Below are positions 1 to 14,300 of a stretch of 64,000 nt of DNA, piece by piece. Within the stretch, counting starts at the first letter, position 1. The number at the start of each line of letters is the position of its first letter. Below the pieces are notes generated by a model. It searched no databases. It was not told the DNA's origin and saw nothing but the letters and a program-made list of their open reading frames with translations. The DNA comes from Antedon mediterranea (lineage: Eukaryota > Animalia > Echinodermata). Made by a program: the position numbers and the translations under genes. Location of the stretch: the NCBI RefSeq assembly GCF_964355755.1, contig NC_092672.1, positions 24,627,237-24,691,236 on the forward strand, read 5' to 3'.

Positions 1-1229
1 AGATTTTAATACACCAAAAAAAAAAACAACACAAATATAAACATCTACCCTGTATACACATGGGGTCAGATCATTTTTCTATTTGACCTATTCGCTTCCC
101 TTCAATATCTACATCCGTCGCTAGGACAGAATAATCTGGATTTTTTTGTTTTACATTAATCCAAGTTAATCAACTACCACACTTTATTTCAAATAATAAC
201 ATTTTTTAGCATAAATATTTTTTTTGTTAAATGGCTGCATAATTAGTTATCCACACCTTGGCGGATAACTCCTTGTGATTGTATAAAATCATCATCAACT
301 TTTTTTATCTGTATTATTCTTCTTTCATTCCATATTTCATAACTTTGTAAAGTTTTGTGCACCTCCTACTTTTTAAAAACGTCAGAGTTGCGCAACATGA
401 CTTTCGCACGATTTTATGAATTTAAATGATTGATCATAGATTAAAAACCAAACGTCATTTTGTATTGACATTTTTTAAATTTAAGTCATATCAAGAGTAA
501 CTTTCTGTGGATTGAAAATGCCATGCGTCACACAAAGTTACGCGCACAAGATTTTTTCTTACAACCAACACATGCAATTGCTGTAACTAATAATGCGTAT
601 TTTCATTATAAGCCTTAAAAGAATTGAAAAGTCAATTAAACCATATCAAATTTTATTTTAATGATTTTACTGATTTTGATTTTAAATGTATTATGGCTAC
701 CCTTACAGTACATGATGGCATTGTTAACCCTATTTCACATTGACCATTCTTATTATTTTAAATGCATAATTATGGCTACTCATACATGCTGATTGCATTC
801 TTAACCCTATTTCACATTGACTATTCTTTTTATTGTACAAGTTACTAAATGTTTTAGTTTACTTAATTCACTTCCCACAATCTTAATCAATAATCACCTT
901 GACAAATTTCAATATAAATTTACCTCCTGGTTCATCCTGTTTTTCATCACTGTTTTCCTCCTTGTACTCTATTTGCACAAACTAAAATATATGACATAAT
1001 CAATGTTAACCGGCTGAAAACATCTATTGAAATCCTCCATACATTATGTAGAAGAGCTGACTATTGCAATATGCTTTATTAGTTGATGCCATTCAAAAAG
1101 ATTGTATAATAAGTATAATTAAGAATCATAACAACAATATGTCTGTACATATTAAGGATGAATGTATTATAACAATTAAATAACACATAACACATAACAG
1201 CAAAATGTATACTCATGCTTTAAATCAAA

Positions 1230-1500
1230 AGCTATTACTTCTCGTGTTTTAAACAAATGGAATGTTGCTCTCAACGCCCAAAACATAAATCCGATAAAGA
1301 ATGAAAAATGAAAAAATAAACTAAATTATAAACCATTACATAAAATTGTTCCAACTAATTTACAGCTGTATCTAAAAATTGAAAAAAATGAATGTTATAT
1401 ATGTGTTATTGAAAATGAAAAGCATATGTTCTTTTATATTGTATACATAACAAATTATGGAAAAATATTGATAACATTTTTATAGGAATAGACAATAGCA
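1230..1500 (+). mobile_element. Degraded L1/Tx1-like LINE C-terminal zinc-finger remnant
   Basis: Broken translation NYKPLHKIVPTN...CYICVIENEKHMF resembles the cysteine-rich RT-associated zinc knuckle of L1-like ORF2. Confidence 0.35.
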
Positions 1501-2219
1501 GAAGTTCATAAAGTAGGGCCTACCTCTTTAATGCAGGCTCAGATTGTCTACAGTATATACATATATACAGTGCAATGCTTTAAGTATCTAATACCTTGCA
1601 ATTTTATATTCTTTTAACAATAATAATAATAATGCATTTTTTCTCATATTTGTATAATTTTCTAACAATTTGAATAAAATAGGTGTTTATCAAGTCAATA
1701 CTGTATTCAAATTTAGGAACAGCTTAATCACAAAATAATTGGATTATTGTGCACTTTGTAATATTAATAATTCATTATATGATGTATTAATACTTTAACA
1801 CTTTTTTATTGTATCTTGAACTTTGTTGTTATCATTGATACAATAATACATGAATCAAGTGTCAACAATTATAGAGCATTCATATTAACAGTTAATGTTG
1901 ACTGATATGATTTTACTGTACCTTTCATCTCATCTTGAAAATTAAAAAAGTGAATAAAAATTAATCAAATATTAAAAATAATTTAAATATAAAGCTGATG
2001 ATATTGATTGCAATTTGCCTAATGAGGTTTGATGATGAAAATAAGAATTCAGCAGGGTGAATTTTCAATGCGAAATGTAGGCATAAGTAATAATAACCTG
2101 TCATTCTTTTAAAATACAAAATAAATTGGCAAATTGATGGTAAATACCACTTTAAAAGAGTTTATATGAAAGTATTTGTATGAAAAAATTGAATTATCAT
2201 ATGCATTTATTATTTTTAG

Positions 2220-2270
2220 AATGGATCAACACCTCTGATTGAATTTATTGATTTAAATTTGTTTGAAAAT
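2220..2270 (+). CDS. Candidate upstream ankyrin-like exon of the ROCO gene
   Basis: tttttag|AAT GGA TCA ACA CCT CTG... reads NGSTPLIEFIDLNLFEN, an ankyrin-type G-x-T-P-L start at phase 0. The donor (gtatac) is weak. A possible preceding exon 1995-2026 reads ADDIDCNLPNE|gt. Confidence 0.33.
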
Positions 2271-4199
2271 GTATACCACAAATATTTGTTGACATGTGCA
2301 CAACAAATAGTTTGTTTATTTTGCTTTGTTATCCTATTTTGTAATGAAATTAATCAGAGCCTTCATTAAGAGTTTACATTATTTATATATGCAGTATGTT
2401 TATTTTCACCAGTCAAAATTGCTAAATTATAGCAGGTATCATGCTATACTTTATTTGCACAAGTAATTAGCATTGTTTACATAATAGATTAATCAACTGA
2501 TAACATGTGTACTACAAGTTTTTTCAGCATATCCTAACTTCATTCCAAAAACGTACATTGCCTCATACTTACCTATATTTTCGGATGACTTTACTTTTAC
2601 CTGGAAAATGATTTAAATGAAAAGAAGACTAATTACCCAAAAAAGGTGAAACTCATTGTGTAGTTAAATGTAATAATGAGGGCACAATTATTGTTATTAT
2701 TTTGGAGGCATTTCATGCATGCATTACCACAATGCTTTCTTATTTATGTTTAAATTTTTAAAATTGATTTGATAATAAATATCTGCTAATTAATTAATTG
2801 ATGTATTTTTTAAAACAAAAAACAAATATGAAATTAATTCTATATAGGCCATGTGGTTTTTCTTGGTCAGAATAGCATATAGCTTGTTAGGTTGAGTTAA
2901 TTAATGGAGGTTTGCGCAGGGTTTTTGGGGTTTGTGCAGTTTAGCAATACCCCTGTGTTATTGATCTTGATCATCAAGTTAGTGAGGGTTGTAATATATT
3001 CCTGTCAGTCTGGATGGCAATATGCTATATGGTGACAAAAATAATAATACATAGCCATGTCCCATATTGAATCCCAAATTCATAAGTTTTTATGTAGACT
3101 TTGACAATATTATTTGCATACAAACCAGCAGCCACTTCCAGACATGAGGCACTTTTGCGCTACAGTACCTAACAGGTAAAAGGCAACGCAATAGGGGGCG
3201 CAATTGCGTTTGCAAAGGAGTTCACAATAACACTGGAAGCTAAGTTTCTCAAAGGTATGACCCCTTTTAGCAATGGGCTTAGCATCCAGTAAAGCTAAAA
3301 TCCTCTCTAAAACTGTGCGATAAATCGTGACATTTTGATGCCGGACATAACTACTAATTTCACCCCATCATTTCCCACACTTGTGTTACCAAGTCCTCGG
3401 TAATATACCTCATAAATGCTGCACCTCCCCGTATTGAAATATTTAACAGTGACTTTTAATATATTCATACAGCAAAAACTGGATAACAAGATATGAAGCA
3501 ACAAACAAAAATGTATATAAAAATATCTTACACAAAGAATGAATAGGTTCACATAAAAAAAACTGATACATTCACTTTGTGGTGATTGGCCATTGTATTG
3601 GTCTAAGTTTAAAAATGACTTCACAAGCTTTGTTCAATCGCATTTTAAAAATAAACTTTCAATGAACAATTCTGATAATTATTAGAACTGTGCTTATACT
3701 GAACTTATACAAATGCACAGAGTAATTGTTTGTTTTTTATAATCGTCTACCAACTACTGTCTCATGTAAAACTTCTAGGTTCCTTACTCCAAACATGACT
3801 TTGAGTTAACAACTCATAAACTATTATTTTTTGATTGTTGAAAGAGAAATTGAACTTGAATGTATCACCTGGTTTCTACTTACCGTATACGTCCTTGAAA
3901 CTCATCAAGATGCAGATACAATCACTCATAAAGTTATACAATTTATTGTAATACTTTCTATTATATTGTATATACATATTTCTTTTAATGCAAAATCAAT
4001 GTGCACATGTTGCATGGTTCTTATCATCAGACCAGGTACATTGCACCTACTTTTATTTCATACCTTTTTCAAACTCATTGTCAACAGTTCTTAAACAAAA
4101 TTGACTTCATTGTCTGTTTAAATATTTTGATTTTGATTATTATAATTTTTGATATGAATTGATTTTTTGTAAAACAACATAATATTAAGTACGATCTAG

Positions 4200-4514
4200 T
4201 GAGTGAGTGGCCGAGCGGTTAAGACAGTGGAACCGTAATTACGTAGCCATAACATCGGCAGGGGTTCGAGGCTCACTCACTCCATGGTTCTGGTGGTAGA
4301 ACAAGTCTTCTCGGATAAGGACTATAAACCGTAGTTCTAGTGTACACATCTAGCTCGTGTGCACTTTAAAGAACCTAGTACATCTTTCGAGACGAGTAGG
4401 GGGTTACCCCGGTGTATTAGTACATCACAGCCACTGATCACCAACTGGGCCCTCTGGGAGACCAGTCTTTGACTTTACCCAGTATAAATATAAATTTCAA
4501 TTTCAATTTCAAAT
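4200..4514 (+). mobile_element. tRNA-derived SINE with a Deu/Nin-like central domain
   Basis: A box TGGCCGAGCGG, B box GGTTCGAGGC, pairing GAGTGAG/CTCACTC stem, core ...ttaaagaacc...gagtagggggttaccccggtgt, and a (TTTCAA)n tail. Confidence 0.75.
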
Positions 4515-5277
4515 CATTTTCTTTGCATCTTTTATTCACCACTGATGTAATAATGTTATGTTATTAATGCAACTCTTAATATGTCAAGGGTCAAATAATA
4601 AATATATATTGTTATTGTATACTATTTATTTTCACAATGTGGCTAGAGCAAACTATCATTTAACAATGTTATTGCTGCCATAGTTTACTTTAACGTATCT
4701 ATATTGATGTTCATTTATATTCATAGTAAGTTGCAGATTTAATTATATACTCCTTGGTTGTTTAGGAAATTGTGCAATAACCACTATAAAATGGTTCCAT
4801 TTCCAGTTCACAAAGTATTTAAACATTTCATAAGTTAATTACATTTGTTTTAAACATGCTTAAATGTCAAAATAAAATAACTATTAATATCATGTTAATT
4901 ATAATGTGTACATAATCAATGATTATGCACAATAACACTGATATGTCTACATCATTCATGATTGTTTTTGTTTATTTGAAATTGGAATTTGCACTATTGC
5001 AGTATAGTAGAAGAATAGAGAAAGAGTAAAAAAATAATAATCATAAAAGATTGCCTTTGTTAAAACCACAAGGGATTTAATAGATTACAGTTATGTATTG
5101 TTAGGAAAATACAGTTTTCGATTACAGAAGATTGTAACCGTGGAACTCTTTAAGTAAAAAAAGGTTAAAATATTGGATGGCTGTATTGTTGTTTGAGTAG
5201 TGGTTTCCTTGATTACTTTTTTCCCTTAAAAATATTCAGTATGGTTTGTGCACATTATTGTCATCTTTTTTTTCTAG

Positions 5278-5397
5278 GATGGTAACACAGCCCTGCATGT
5301 CTGTGCTCTGAATGATCTTACTTACGATGAGCACAGAAACACTATGGTGTGTTTGATAAAGGCTCATGGTAGAGGTATTATTTCAAATAAAAATAAG
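5278..5397 (+). CDS. ROCO exon: ankyrin repeat
   Basis: tag|DGNTALHVCALNDLTYDEHRNTMVCLIKAHGRGIISNKNK|gta; 120 nt, phase 0-0. Confidence 0.85.
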
Positions 5398-8300
5398 GTA
5401 AACTATTTGAGTTAAAACAATTAGAATAATAACATTAATTTTATTAAATAAAAATTAAATGATATTCATTTTCATTTTTCATAAGAGTACTCTTTTTGTA
5501 AATTTTGGTCCTGTTTATTTCACAACATATTTTCATGCTATTTGTAACCTCCATAGGCCAATTTATAATTTCCTCCTATCTTGTAAGTTATGACATAATA
5601 TTAATAATTAGATTAAATCAGATATATTAATTCACATGTTATGATCAAAGGTACTGTATTACCTTAATGATTAAATATGATAGTATATGCTTTTGCAATG
5701 ATTATAATTAATATTTTTAGAATAAAATGTTCCTGATAAATGTTGTTGCTGTACCAAAAATACTTTGTTTCCATCTCAATATTGTTGTTCATAGTGCTAA
5801 ACTGACCATCTAATTTGAATGCATTGACATTTATACATTCACTTTATTTATTTGCTTTTACATATTTATTATTTTATTAAATATGTCTAATTTGAATGAA
5901 ATACAAATAATAATATTAATTCTACCGTATATCAATCATTGTTTTATTTACATTTTTTTTTAGTTTATGAAAAGTAGAAACTTGAGGATTGTCACAATCA
6001 TGCCTATTATTGTATGTTATTATGATGAATTTTGTAATCACTAATTTATTCTTGGATTCTTACATTTTATTTCTTTGATTGTCAGAATGGCAAATCTGTT
6101 ATTGATTTGTACATTACAAATGTATGTGGAAAATATGAAGATGTCGAAGCCCAAAAGGAAGAAGTAATGAAATTGTTGAAAGGTTTGAAAGTTTAAATAC
6201 AGTACAAAACAAGTTTGTTCCACAAAATGCTTTGATAAGTAATCTTGAAAGCAGTGATTACCCATCCCAAATTGAAATAATAATAATGCCTATATCAAAC
6301 AAATAGAATTTATTACAGTTATAATAATAAGAATAATTTCTTTAATGTATATACATCGTTGATTTTACAGAAAGTAAAATAGATCAATTAATTTCAAAGA
6401 ACACCATCTCAAAAAGAACCCTATCCAATTGCTGATTACCTAGATTGTTTTACTCATTTATTACATTAAACAATACTATTGATGAATTTGGTTAAAAACT
6501 GTTTATATTAGTATAACATTAACAAAAACATCATTCTTAATCTGTTTCTTGTAGCCTTCTTTGTTATTCTTATTTGTATTGTATTCTAATCTATAGCATA
6601 TTATAATAAAAAAATACAAAATTAAAATACAAAAATACAATTCTCTGATTGTTTATTGAAGGAATTAATATAAATCATTGCCTGACAAAAAGTTAATTTG
6701 CAAAATAAAATGTTTAAAATGTTGATCTTTATCTTATTTCCAATATGGTATGTCTTTTTTTTTTATTATGAAAGAGCTTCATCAACTTTATATCATACAT
6801 TCTACTTTCTTTTAGGTGGACCTTTACCAGAAATATATTTCACATCGTCAGGTATGAGTATTCACCCATACCATGTCGTACTTCGTGACATGATTTGACA
6901 CACTTTAGTGTGTAATAAAGAATGTAGAATTATTTACATTTTTACGCAAAAATTGTTGCTTTAAACTACATTGTCATTATTCAGTCTACAATCCTTTATG
7001 AGGAATATTTCAGCTCAGAGCTGCAATTTAACCCAGGACTCCAGGATTCATAGGCAAACATGTTACTTGGGAAGCTTGGATGAAATCTGTTTAAACCATA
7101 TGTACTTTCATATTTAAAATTGCTATAATATATTATCTTTTGAGAATTATTAGAATATGTTTTTTTTGTAGATATAACATCTAAAGATATTTTACATGTA
7201 GCTAAAAACATGTACAATCAGTTTGAAGAACTAGCTGAATGTCTTGGATTCAAACAGGAAGATATTGATTCCTTCCAGGTCAATTCATTTACCAAAACAA
7301 CTTCAATGTATAAGATGCTGAACGCCTGGTACAAGACAGTACAAGTTACTGAGTCCAGGCGTTCACAACTTTGTGAAGCTGTCGGGAAAGCAGGCCGACA
7401 TGATTTGGCTGATGAAATTGAAAGTAAGTGACACATTACAGGTTAGGTTACTTCCCTCAAACCTTCAAACTGACTATTTCATAACTTTAAGGGGAAGATT
7501 TGTTAAGAGACAGCTGCAGTAAAAGTTTTTTTAAATCCAACAACACAATATTATCCTTGATTTTAAAATTAAACATATACAAATTAAGCTAACTAACAAT
7601 ATGAGAACAAATTAAACAAATGAATATAGTATACCATATAAGTCCATTTCTCCTGTCTCTTGAAGGAAGGGGATTATCAACAATGGATTAACATATATAC
7701 ATTATTTTCATTTTAGAACTAATGAGCCTACTTTAATTTTGCAAAAATACTGAATACACAATATGTATACATACAACATTTTTTATTAATTTCAGATCTA
7801 GCTTTAATGTATTAGTTGTATTTTATTGTTTAAATAATAAAATGTAGAACTGTATGTGCTTAATGAACTGTATAACTAATACTTATTTTATTTCTGAGTA
7901 GAAATAGACATCCCTTATGCCATATCTGCTCGTGGTAAAGAAGTTGAAAAAGCTTACATTGAAGCATTGAAAGAAGGTCAAGTTGAAGTGAATCTTGGAA
8001 TGGTTAAAGTGATTGGTCAGGAAGGTGTGGGCAAAACTTGCCTGATCAATGCTTGTCTTGGAAAGAAGTAAGTATAAGTTAAGCTTAGAAATAATGATAA
8101 TAGTGTTATAGTATTGTAACATTTTATCTGCCTGGATGAGGTATTTTCAAATTTGAGTTAATTGGTATCTGGTAATAGTCTGGTATCTTTGGAGGATCAA
8201 ACTGGACTGCCTACCATGTGGGTTTCTCTCTTGAAATGTTACCATATTTATCCACCAATCAGCAGTCTCACAGCAGGACTGTTCCATAAATAAAGTGGTT

Positions 8301-11300
8301 TCAAAGTCTTAAGGCCCATTTAAACTAGGACAATAACGATCAATGATAAATATATAAGCATGAATGTCTCTTACATAAAACAAAAGAAATAGAGACGTAT
8401 TTTTTTCTAAAACTAGTGGATTTATGCTGTTTTGATAAAAATAATATTTGTTAAAATCCAATCAAATGACGTCATGCATAATAAAACAAAAAATCATTGT
8501 ATTGTCACAGTATTATTGCTCTTACTAATCATGACGTCATTTGTTTGGACGTGTGAAAGGAAGCAAAGAAGGTTATCCTTTAGTTTTACATTTTATATAT
8601 ATTTTGTTTTATGTATGACAAATGCATATTTATCTATCATTGATCGTTATCATCCCAGTGTAAATGGGCGTTTACATAGGGCTATCAAATTAATTTTTTT
8701 TTAAAAAACTAATTTTGCTACAGTATAAAAACTTCAATCAGTGTATCTAATAATAAATGTTTTAATATATACATATATAAACACAAGAGGCAAAGAACAT
8801 TAATTCTAAACCGCCCGGTGATATACTGAAATTTAATTAATTAATTTGAAACGATAAAGATGAGGAAATCTGTGAGAATGAGAAAAAGTCGCCCCAACCG
8901 AGAATGAGAAAAAGTCGCCCCAACATACATATATACAACGCTTTTACCTTTATATCTAAACATTAAAATGTTTTTTGATCTAATTAATGATTTGACCACA
9001 TTTTTCATATTAGGAAAGCTAATATATATATATATATATAACTACTTTATAGTATTTGTTTGTTTAACACATGCTTTATCTAAAATATTCAAGCAAACAT
9101 ACCAACAAGCAAATTACGACTTTGATGAATTTATTTAATGTTAAACAACTTTATCTAAATTCATACTTGGATGACCAATAATGTTTTTATTATATTTCAG
9201 TTTTAACAAAGAGCATTTAATAACAGATGGTATTGCCGTGATTAAAACAGTAGAAACAAAGGCTAAAGAACAAAACAACTGGACAGAGGATCTTACAGAT
9301 GATAGTGGTAAAAATGAATAAATTAAAGTATGAAAAATGAAGAGGGATAGATCATAAAGTCAGACCATTTAAAGTGTGACATTGTGTTTAATATTAGTGT
9401 TCATATACTGTAATTCACCAAGTTCAATTTTCAGGAATAAATCATATCATTTCCTTAATAAATCTAATTAATTTAATTAACAATGGCTCTAACAAACTTT
9501 TCCTAAAAACTAAAATTAATTAAGCAACATTGTAACAAATCCATCACTTAAATATCTCCTTAATATTCAGTAAAATATAAATAGTTATTAGTGAGAAACT
9601 GAAAACTAAATGATAGCACATATTGTTATTAAAGGCAGAACAATTTGTGTATTTGTAATTGGAATATAGAAGTTTTTAAACCATTATAATACAGTATAAC
9701 ATGAATTGTTTGTAGGTTACTTTTATTTTCAATTTCAACAAGGAATTTTAATTTGATACAACCACACTTAAGTGTTAACATTATAATGATAATACAGTCT
9801 TTTCAAAATGAGGAGTAAGCTTGTTTCATGTTTTTGAGAAAATAAAGTTGAATATTTTTTACTTTGTAAAGAGTTCCACAACTTGCTATATTGTACAGCC
9901 CCAAAATAAGATTTTATTAATAGACAATTACATAATAAAAACTGTTATTCATTTTCAGGAAATCCAATTGAATTGTATAAAAGACTTGCTGAAGAAAATA
10001 TCAGTAAAACAATAGAAGATAATAAAGAAGGTGTAGCAACAGCAAGTAAGCCTCACAGCTCAACTGAAAAGGTATGTAGGCCTACACACTATAACAAAAG
10101 GCATGTACACAATATAACAAAAGGTGTGTACACACTATAACAAAAGGTATGTACACAATATAACAAAAGGTGTGTACACACTATAACAAAAGGTGTGTAC
10201 ACACTATAACAAAAGGTGTGTACACACTATAACAAAAGGTATGTACACACTATAACAAAAGGTATGTACACACTATAACAAAAGGTATGTACACACTATA
10301 ACAAAAGGTATGTACACAATATAACAAAAGGTGTGTACACACTATAACAAAGGTATGTACACACTATAACAAAAGGTATGTACACAATATAACAAAAGGT
10401 ATGTACACACTATAACAAAAGGTATGTACACACTATAACAAAAGGTATGTACACAATATAACAAAAGGTGTGTACACACTATAACAAAAGGTATGTACAC
10501 ACTATAAGAAAAGGTATGTACACAATATAACAAAAGGTATGTACACACTATAACAAAAGGTATGTACACAATATAACAAAAGGTATGTACACACTATAAC
10601 AAAAGGTGTGTACACACTATAAGAAAAGGTATGTACACACTGTAACAAAAGGTGTGTACACACTATAACAAAAGGTGTGTACACACTATAACAAAAGGTG
10701 TGTACACTATAACAAAAGGTATGTACACACTAAAACAAAAGGTGTGTACACACTATAACAAAAGGTATGTACACGCTATAACAAAAGGTGTGTACACACT
10801 ATAACAAAAGGTGTGTACACACTATAACAAAAGGTATGTACACGCTATAACAAAAGGTGTGTACACACTATAACAAAAGGTATGTACACACTATAACAAA
10901 AGGTGTGTACACACTATAACAAAAGGTATGTACACACTGTAACAAAAGGTGTGTACACACTATAACAAAAGGTATGTACACACTATAACAAAAGGTGTGT
11001 ACACACTATAACAAAAGGTGTGTACACACTATAACAAAAGGTGTGTACACACTATAACAAAAGGTATGTACACACTGTAACAAAAGGTGTGTACACACTA
11101 TAACAAAAGGTATGTACACACTATAACAAAAGGTGTGTACACACTATAACAAAAGGTGTGTACACACTATAACAAAAGGTGTGTACACACTATAACAAAA
11201 GGTGTGTACACACTATAACAAAAGGTATGTACACACTATAACAAAAGGTGTGTACACACTATAACAAAAGGTGTGTACACACTATAACAAAAGGTATGTA

Positions 11301-14300
11301 CACACTATAAGAAAAGGTGTGTACACACTATAACAAAAGGTGTGTACACACTATAACAAAAGGTGTGTACACACTATAACAAAAGGTGTGTACACACTAT
11401 AACAAAAGGTGTGTACACACTATAACAAAAGGTGTGTACACACTATAACAAAAGGTGTGTACACACTATAACAAAAGTTGTGTACACACTATAACAAAAG
11501 GTGTGTACACACTATAAGAAAAGGTGTGTACACACTATAACAAAAGGTGTGTACACACTATAAGAAAAGGTGTGTACACACTATACCAAAAGGTGTGTAC
11601 ACACTATAACAAAAGGTGTGTACACACTATAACAAAAGGTGTGTACACACTATAACAAAAGGTGTGTACACACTATAACAAAAGGTATGTACACACTGTA
11701 AGAAAAGGTATGTACACACTATAACAAAAGGTGTGTACACACTATAACAAAAGGTGTGTACACACTATAACAAAAGGTATGTACACACTATAACAAAAGG
11801 TATGTACACACTGTAAGAAAAGGTATGTACACACTATAACAAAAGGTGTGTACACACTATAACAAAAGGTATGTACACACTGTAACAAAAGGTGTGTACA
11901 CACTATAACAAAAGGTATGTACACACTATAACAAAAGGTGTGTACACACTATAACAAAAGGTGTGTACACACTATAACAAAAGGTGTGTACACACTATAA
12001 CAAAAGGTATGTACACACTATAAGAAAAGGTGTGTACACACTATAACAAAAGGTGTGTACACACTATAACAAAAGGTGTGTACACACTATAACAAAAGGT
12101 GTGTACACACTATAACAAAAGGTGTGTACACACTATAACAAAAGTTGTGTACACACTATAACAAAAGGTGTGTACACACTATAACAAAAGGTATGTACAC
12201 AATATAACAAAAGGTGTGTACACACTATAACAAAAGGTGTGTACACACTATAAGAAAAGGTGTGTACACACTATAACAAAAGGTGTGTACACACTATAAG
12301 AAAAGGTGTGTACACACTATACCAAAAGGTGTGTACACACTATAACAAAAGGTGTGTACAGACTATAACAAAAGGTGTGTACACACTATAACAAAAGGTG
12401 TGTACACACTATAACAAAAGGTATGTACACACTGTAAGAAAAGGTATGTACACACTATAACAAAAGGTGTGTACACACTATAACAAAAGGTATGTACACA
12501 CTATGACAAAAGGTGTGTACACACTATAACAAAAGGTATGTACACACTATAACAAAAGGTATGTACACACTATAACAAAAGGTATGTACACACTATAACA
12601 AAAGGTGTGTACACACTATAACAAAAGGTGTGTACACACTATAACAAAAGGTGTGTACACACTATAACAAAAGGTATGTACACACTATAACAAAAGGTAT
12701 GTACACACTATAACAAAAGGTATGTACACACTATAACAAAAGGTGTGTACACACTATAACAAAAGGTATGTACACACTATAAGAAAAGGTGTGTACACAC
12801 TATGACAAAAGGTGTGTACACAATATAACGAAAGGTATGTACACACTATAACAAAAGGTATGTACACACTATAACAAAAGGTGTGTACACACTATAACAA
12901 AAGGTGTGTACACACTATAACAAAAGGTGTGTACACACTATAACAAAAGGTGTGTACACACTATAACAAAAGGTGTGTACACACTATAACAAAAGGTATG
13001 TACACACTATAAGAAAAGGTGTGTACACACTATAAGAAAAGGTGTGTACACACTATAACAAAAGGTGTGTACACACTATAACAAAAGGTGTGTACACACT
13101 ATAACAAAAGGTGTGTACACACTATAACAAAAGGTGTGTACACACTATAACAAAAGGTGTGTACACACTATAACAAAAGGTGTGTACACACTATAACAAA
13201 AGGTGTGTACACACTATAACAAAAGGTGTGTACACACTATAAGAAAAGGTGTGTACACACTATAACAAAAGGTGTGTACACACTATAACAAAAGGTGTGT
13301 ACACACTATAACAAAAGGTGTGTACACACTATAACAAAAGGTGTGTACACACTATAACAAAAGGTATGTACACACTGTAAGAAAAGGTATGTACACACTG
13401 TAAGAAAAGGTATGTACACACTGTAACAAAAGGTATGTACACACTGTAACAAAAGGTATGTACACACTATAAGAACATTCCCATACGACGGGGCTATGCG
13501 AGCGAAGCGAGCTTCACTAGGCTGGGGGTCAGGAGGCGAAGCCTCCGGAATCAACATGTTTTAGCGTCATTTGAGGCCACTTTAATCAGATTTTGGGTAT
13601 TCGTATCACTTTTTTCCATTTTTTATAATGCATAAATAAGATACTGCTTGCAAAAAAACGATACGCGATGACTGTTTAAATCCATATTTTTCAATTTAAA
13701 AAATAAAAGTTCAAAATATGCCTATATTTATCGGGTAAATTGTAGCATAGAAAATATACGCAAACGTAAAACGTACCCACAGACCAAGAGGTAGGCCTAT
13801 ATTGTTTATTGCAGAGGCGTAGGCTGGTTGCTGTCTGGGGGTGCAAACATAGTAAATGGGTGCCTTGGGCTGATCTGTAAGAAAATTTTGAAAAATAGAG
13901 CTGCTAGGTCCTTGGAAGTTGCAATTATACATAATATTGATGGGCCTACTATGAAACGAAATTACAAGTCTACAGAACGAGACAACCGTGGTTGGGATGG
14001 AGCTAAGAAAATTCTGAAAAATAGAGTTGGAGATCCCGGAAATTGGACTTTTTATACTTCAAAACAAACTGTATAAGTCAATATCATGGTTGTGACTGAG
14101 CTATGAAATGTTTGAAAAATAGAGCTGTTTGGTCCCGAAAAATGCATGTATTGTACTTCGAAATATGACCAGCTTTATGGTTGGGGCTGAGCTAAGAAAA
14201 CTTTTAAAACTAGAGCTGCAGGTCTTTAAAAATTGCATCTTATACTTTGAAAACATCAGGCCTAGAGGCTTAAAAAAAGTGGTCGCAAGCGACGGGAAAA

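Noticed and set aside
4200-4284. Functional tRNA gene
   Set aside because: Anticodon arm is irregular and the sequence continues into a SINE body and tail.
10067-13473. CRISPR-like regular array
   Set aside because: Head-to-tail units without unique spacers, no cas genes, eukaryotic intron context.
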